The notes beneath the pieces are model-generated. The model did no database searches. It worked only from the letters and a program-made list of their open reading frames with translations, and was not told the origin of the DNA. 64,000 nt of DNA, taken from Candidatus Poseidoniaceae archaeon (GTDB lineage Archaea; Thermoplasmatota; Poseidoniia; Poseidoniales; Poseidoniaceae). Location of the stretch: positions 20,087 to 84,086 of the forward strand of contig CASIBY010000007.1 of the NCBI GenBank assembly GCA_949373095.1, in the 5' to 3' direction. Numbering within the stretch: position 1 is the stretch's first letter; every line of letters begins with the position of its first letter. The translations under genes and the position numbers were made by a program. This document shows, one piece after another, positions 59,977 through 64,000 of the stretch.

Positions 59977-61140
59977 ATGGAGGCGGACAAGCCGTGGCAA
60001 CAAGCCCCAGAAAACACCCTGATGAGTCTTCAGCACGGCATGAAAACCTTCGATGGAATCGAGTTTGACATTCGAATCAGTGCTGACCATCAACTGGTAA
60101 TTCATCATGACCGGGATGTATCCCTTCCAAAGGAACGCCTTCAAGGGCGCCCGACTTGGGCAGAAGAATGGACATTGGATGAGTTGACTGAAGTTGGTTT
60201 CTTAGGATTTGAAGACCTCTTGAACGACTCTACAATCCGCAATCATTGGGCTGAGAAAGGTAAAATGGGCTGTATTGAAATTAAGCGACCTCACCCAAGA
60301 GCCCCTTCAGGAGGTGGTTATTTCGGGCGTCGTCACCACGTCCAACATATTGCTGATGCGATGAAAATGGCGGAAGACCTTCTCGACCAGCATGGAATTC
60401 CTCGTCAGAACACGGTATTCTATTCATTTCACAAACATATGCCTCAATCGGCTAAAAAATCAGGGACAAAGCGACCTTGGGCTGCATTGATTCCTTACAT
60501 CCCGCCATATGGGAACCGAACTTTTCAGCGAATCAAAGCCTTCCCTAAATACTTGACAACACCGTTTGGTAAACTGGTGAAGACTCATCTCCACCAGGGC
60601 AGTTCCATGCTCCCATGTGCAATAGAATACTTTGACGGCCCAACTCGCTCTCTACCTATCGGCAGGCATGTGTCACTCAAAGGAAAGGGCCTCAACCGTT
60701 TAACTCAAGTTCGAAATGGGATGCCAACATACGTTTGGCCAACTCGTCCACTACTCGAGCATGACCTCCTTCGGGCCGGACTTACCGCACTTACCGACAA
60801 AGCTGACCCCGACCTTCTTTGGCTCCCATCTGGTCATTTACGATGGAAGCAACCTGGCACTCGTCCACTAGATGAATCACAATGGTCCATCTTGAAGCAA
60901 GCAACATACGAAAACCACCGTGAAATTCATACAGAATTATTAGAAACAACTCCTACATGGGAACAATGCGATTCAACACGACGTCGTTTGCTCATCAGTG
61001 AATGGAAGAACAAGTGGAGTTGGAAGGAATCCAATGATGAAGTGATGATGAAATCCGAAGGAGCAACACCCCCATGGGCGGCTCCAAGAATTATTGGTCA
61101 TCGCGGATCTGGAAAAACTTCCAGACCAGTCCTGAACTGA
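59977..61140 (+). CDS. Glycerophosphodiester phosphodiesterase family protein, apparently circularly permuted
   Basis: PENTL, GIEFDIR, VIHHD and IEIK near the N-terminus; IIGHRG at the C-terminus. Confidence 0.82.
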   Translation: MEADKPWQQAPENTLMSLQHGMKTFDGIEFDIRISADHQLVIHHDRDVSLPKERLQGRPTWAEEWTLDELTEVGFLGFEDLLNDSTIRNHWAEKGKMGCIEIKRPHPRAPSGGGYFGRRHHVQHIADAMKMAEDLLDQHGIPRQNTVFYSFHKHMPQSAKKSGTKRPWAALIPYIPPYGNRTFQRIKAFPKYLTTPFGKLVKTHLHQGSSMLPCAIEYFDGPTRSLPIGRHVSLKGKGLNRLTQVRNGMPTYVWPTRPLLEHDLLRAGLTALTDKADPDLLWLPSGHLRWKQPGTRPLDESQWSILKQATYENHREIHTELLETTPTWEQCDSTRRRLLISEWKNKWSWKESNDEVMMKSEGATPPWAAPRIIGHRGSGKTSRPVLN

Positions 61141-61142
61141 CG

Positions 61143-62309
61143 TCACTCAATGTGACGCAAGGATTGTTGCTCAGCAATGTATTTTGGTCGGTAAATGGGA
61201 GTGCCCTTGCCTCCGCGCATCACGGTTCGCTCGTCAATGATTTGTGCTCCGATTCCAGCAACTCGTGCCCAGCCAAAGAAGGTGGTGTAGTAGGTTGGGT
61301 CCTTGAATCCAACATAGTGGAGAAGGGCTCCACTAGCGATGTCAACGTTCGCATTTGGATTGGAAATCTTAGGGTTTTCAGAGAGAACTCTTGGAGCAAC
61401 TTCGCGGAGTGTACGAATGATTTTGAAATTCTCATCATCTGGGCACATCACTTCTCCCAGTGCAAATTGAACGGTAGCTCTCGGGTCCTCCGCCCGTAGT
61501 ACAGCATGGCCAAATCCAAACACTGGGCGCTTGGCTTCAAGTTCGTCGCGTACAAAGGCTTCAACCTCTTCAGGGTCACTGGTACCAATGCTGAGAACGA
61601 ATTCTAAGCAAGATTGGTTTGCCCGGCCGTGAAGTGGGCCAGAGAGTGCGTTCATTGCTCCTGAAATTGACGAAAATACAGTGGCATGACCTGATGCAAT
61701 GGCTTTTCCAGCGAATGTCGAGAGATTGCCGCCACCGTGGTCCATGTGCAGTACAAGGTAGGTCGAAAGAATACGCTCCATTTGGTCTTGGTCAATACCA
61801 TCTAAATCCAATGTACGAGCAAAACGCTTGACCATTGATGCAGAGAGGTCATCTTCAGGAATATCCGCTCCACGGCCCTCTCGTATTCGGAATAAGAGCC
61901 CCATTAAACGAGGCATACGGGCGATGAGATTGAGGGCATCTTCTTTCCAATCTCCAGTGGTATCAAGCATTCCAAGGGTTTGGATACCCACACTTAACCA
62001 ATCCATAGGGTGGCCGTCTTTTGGGAGCGTATGGAATACTGCAGCGACACTGTCTGGAACATGACCACGACCAGCGAGATTTTCTTTAAACGCAGCAGAT
62101 TGGGCAGGTGTTGGAAGCTCTTTGTTAAACAAAAGGTAGACGACGTCCTCCGGAGAAAAACCAGCGAGTTCGCTAATTGGATATCCACAGTAGTGCACAC
62201 CTTCAGCGGGTGTTACAAACGATGTGCGGCAAGTACCAACAGGGATTCCACGAAGACCTGTGTTCAAGTGTTCTTCAGTCACATTGAACAGGCCATTTTC
62301 GTTTGACAT
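61143..62309 (-). CDS. gltA: Citrate synthase
   Basis: GLRG, HPM, DHGGGNLS, GPLHGRAN, GFGHAV, DPR and NVD. Confidence 0.92.
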   Translation of the reverse strand: MSNENGLFNVTEEHLNTGLRGIPVGTCRTSFVTPAEGVHYCGYPISELAGFSPEDVVYLLFNKELPTPAQSAAFKENLAGRGHVPDSVAAVFHTLPKDGHPMDWLSVGIQTLGMLDTTGDWKEDALNLIARMPRLMGLLFRIREGRGADIPEDDLSASMVKRFARTLDLDGIDQDQMERILSTYLVLHMDHGGGNLSTFAGKAIASGHATVFSSISGAMNALSGPLHGRANQSCLEFVLSIGTSDPEEVEAFVRDELEAKRPVFGFGHAVLRAEDPRATVQFALGEVMCPDDENFKIIRTLREVAPRVLSENPKISNPNANVDIASGALLHYVGFKDPTYYTTFFGWARVAGIGAQIIDERTVMRGGKGTPIYRPKYIAEQQSLRHIE

Positions 62310-62408
62310 TCTCTTCCCTCAAAGACACCGACAAGAGACCCTCGTATAAATGCGGCTCTTCTCTTGGACCATTAGGAAAAAACGGTGTACTAGCAACACC
62401 GCCGCAGC

Positions 62409-62885
62409 CTACCGTTTATTTTGTCTGGCTTCGGGCGGCCATTCTCTGAATCCTTTTGTCGATTCACGGTCTGAAAAGATGTGAAGACGTATCGTGTTTC
62501 CTTCAACAAGGAGGGCATCCTGAGCGTCAATCCCTGGGCACTGTTCCTTGACTTGATTCCATGACCGGTCGCTGACGAGATTTTCACCCCACCACGGGAA
62601 AGCTTTGCATTGCTGAGGACGAACTTGATAGATGGAGCACTGCTGATGTTCATTGAGGTTAATGCATATTCCGTCTTCATCTCTGCTTTTGAGGACAAAA
62701 CGACCGTCGTATGTTTTGCGAGCATCCCGCTCCAACCAATCTTCCACAGATAACCCAGAGTGCTGAGAGATACGCTCGGCATCGGCAATGGAGAGGTACA
62801 CGATTCCACCGGGTTGGTCACAGCATTTTCCGCAACCACTTTGACAAGAAAAGTTGACACCACTCATCCACCATGGAGGTCTCAT
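62409..62885 (-). CDS. YkgJ/CxxCxxCC cysteine-cluster protein
   Basis: CQSGCGKCC, CINL and CSIYQVRPQQCKAFPWW. Confidence 0.85.
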   Translation of the reverse strand: MRPPWWMSGVNFSCQSGCGKCCDQPGGIVYLSIADAERISQHSGLSVEDWLERDARKTYDGRFVLKSRDEDGICINLNEHQQCSIYQVRPQQCKAFPWWGENLVSDRSWNQVKEQCPGIDAQDALLVEGNTIRLHIFSDRESTKGFREWPPEARQNKR

Positions 62886-64000
62886 TCTTCTTCACCCATG
62901 AGAATATTCTTTGGATAGATTCTGCCGAGATGAACGAGCGTGTAATCCGGCACAGTACTGTCTTCAAGGAGGTCTTCAGCAGAAATCCCAATCCCATCGA
63001 TATTCCATTCGCCATCTGGCTCATAATCATCCAATTCATCTACGGTTTGGACCTGAGTAGATGAGGATTTTCGCCCGACTACTCTGCGGTTCTTAGCCGG
63101 CATATCGGGTTCGATGGGAGGCAGAGGTTCTCGGTCCGGATCCAGTTCAACTAACCGTTCCTCAAGTGTTCGTAATTCATCGGCGATATCGATCAAGGCA
63201 TCAATATCAGCATCGACTGCTCGTTGTGCTAACTCTACCATTTGTTCTTCGAGACGATTGAGTTCAAAAGAAGAATCCAACGTATCCTTGGTAGAGCGGT
63301 TCATTCGTGTATCAATTGCGACATCTAAGTCAACCAATATATCGGCAGCTCGTTCCGCATCACCATATTCAATTCGTTCGTTCCGTGCGATGAGATGCCG
63401 GTCTCGCTCATTGACATCGAGAACCGATGGCCGTGATGGTGTAATAGATTCCATGATTTCGCTGACTCTTTGGTCAACGACACGATCTCCATTCAAGATG
63501 AACTCCTTGCCATCCCATTCGGGAGGTTGGTAATCATCTTCCTCCCATGGCTGTATCTCTGAGTGGAGTTCAATACCGCCCGGTTCTACGTTAGAATAGA
63601 CTTGATCGATGGCTTCACTCACTAATGTTGCGGCTAAATCGTCAACACGTTGAGTTTCCAGTGTTTGACTTTGAGATTTAATCGAGCGATGTGTTCCATT
63701 AACGATATCATTGATGTCATCGTGTTTGAGCAAAACTTCACCAGCATCTAAGGCGATAGAAACCTGTTCCAGTCTCCCTTCCATCGCCCGCCATCCAGAG
63801 GGTTCAAGACGAGCCAATCTTGCAAGATGGACGTCGTTTAACAGGAGATTTCGCTGAGCACAACGCCACGAACCGTAGGCCATTAACGAGGCAACGGAAG
63901 GAACGGTGAGAAGAACTGCGGATGCGTTACGAAGGACTTCTTTCAAGCGTGACGGAGGGAAATCATCGGGATGAGTTCGCCCTCCAGCAACGATTTGGAC
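62882..64000 (-). CDS. Hypothetical acidic/coiled-coil protein (5' truncated by window)
   Basis: Frame is open to the window end; ATGA coupling to the YkgJ-like gene. Confidence 0.7.
   Translation of the reverse strand, partial: VQIVAGGRTHPDDFPPSRLKEVLRNASAVLLTVPSVASLMAYGSWRCAQRNLLLNDVHLARLARLEPSGWRAMEGRLEQVSIALDAGEVLLKHDDINDIVNGTHRSIKSQSQTLETQRVDDLAATLVSEAIDQVYSNVEPGGIELHSEIQPWEEDDYQPPEWDGKEFILNGDRVVDQRVSEIMESITPSRPSVLDVNERDRHLIARNERIEYGDAERAADILVDLDVAIDTRMNRSTKDTLDSSFELNRLEEQMVELAQRAVDADIDALIDIADELRTLEERLVELDPDREPLPPIEPDMPAKNRRVVGRKSSSTQVQTVDELDDYEPDGEWNIDGIGISAEDLLEDSTVPDYTLVHLGRIYPKNILMGEEE

Overview
Gene-dense archaeal chromosomal segment. The archaeal-type PheS, TgtA, CTP-dependent RibK, split GuaAB and GcvPA/PB, the bacterial-like accessory enzymes and the Asp-rich TSP3-repeat surface proteins together suggest Marine Group II Thermoplasmatota (Poseidoniales); this placement is an inference. 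The content is mostly housekeeping: purE, guaAB, glycine cleavage (gcvT/PA/PB), a ThiR-like regulator with thiBPQ, pdxT, nadM, grpE, a DRG GTPase, a suf operon with a divergent nfuA-like gene, tgtA, a four-gene ABC system, truA, pheS, folD, tatC, citrate synthase and three tRNAs (Asn-GTT, Val-CAC, Thr-TGT). No CRISPR array, integrase or transposase was seen. The most notable observations are: (1) a glycerophosphodiesterase that appears circularly permuted, with its catalytic HRG strand at the C-terminus; (2) an unannotated 39-42 aa 3Cys-1His CDGSH-like microprotein plus a pair of covarying palindromic operator-like sites upstream of sufC; (3) 94-bp hairpin tandem repeats built on the tRNA-Val 3' end; (4) ORB-like motifs in an AT-rich 400-bp intergenic region; (5) a standalone CARF-like protein; (6) a membrane protein with five MIM2-like LPELP motifs. 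Frameshifts clustered at about 31.75-33.62 kb are probably sequencing errors. All family assignments come from motif recognition, not database searches.
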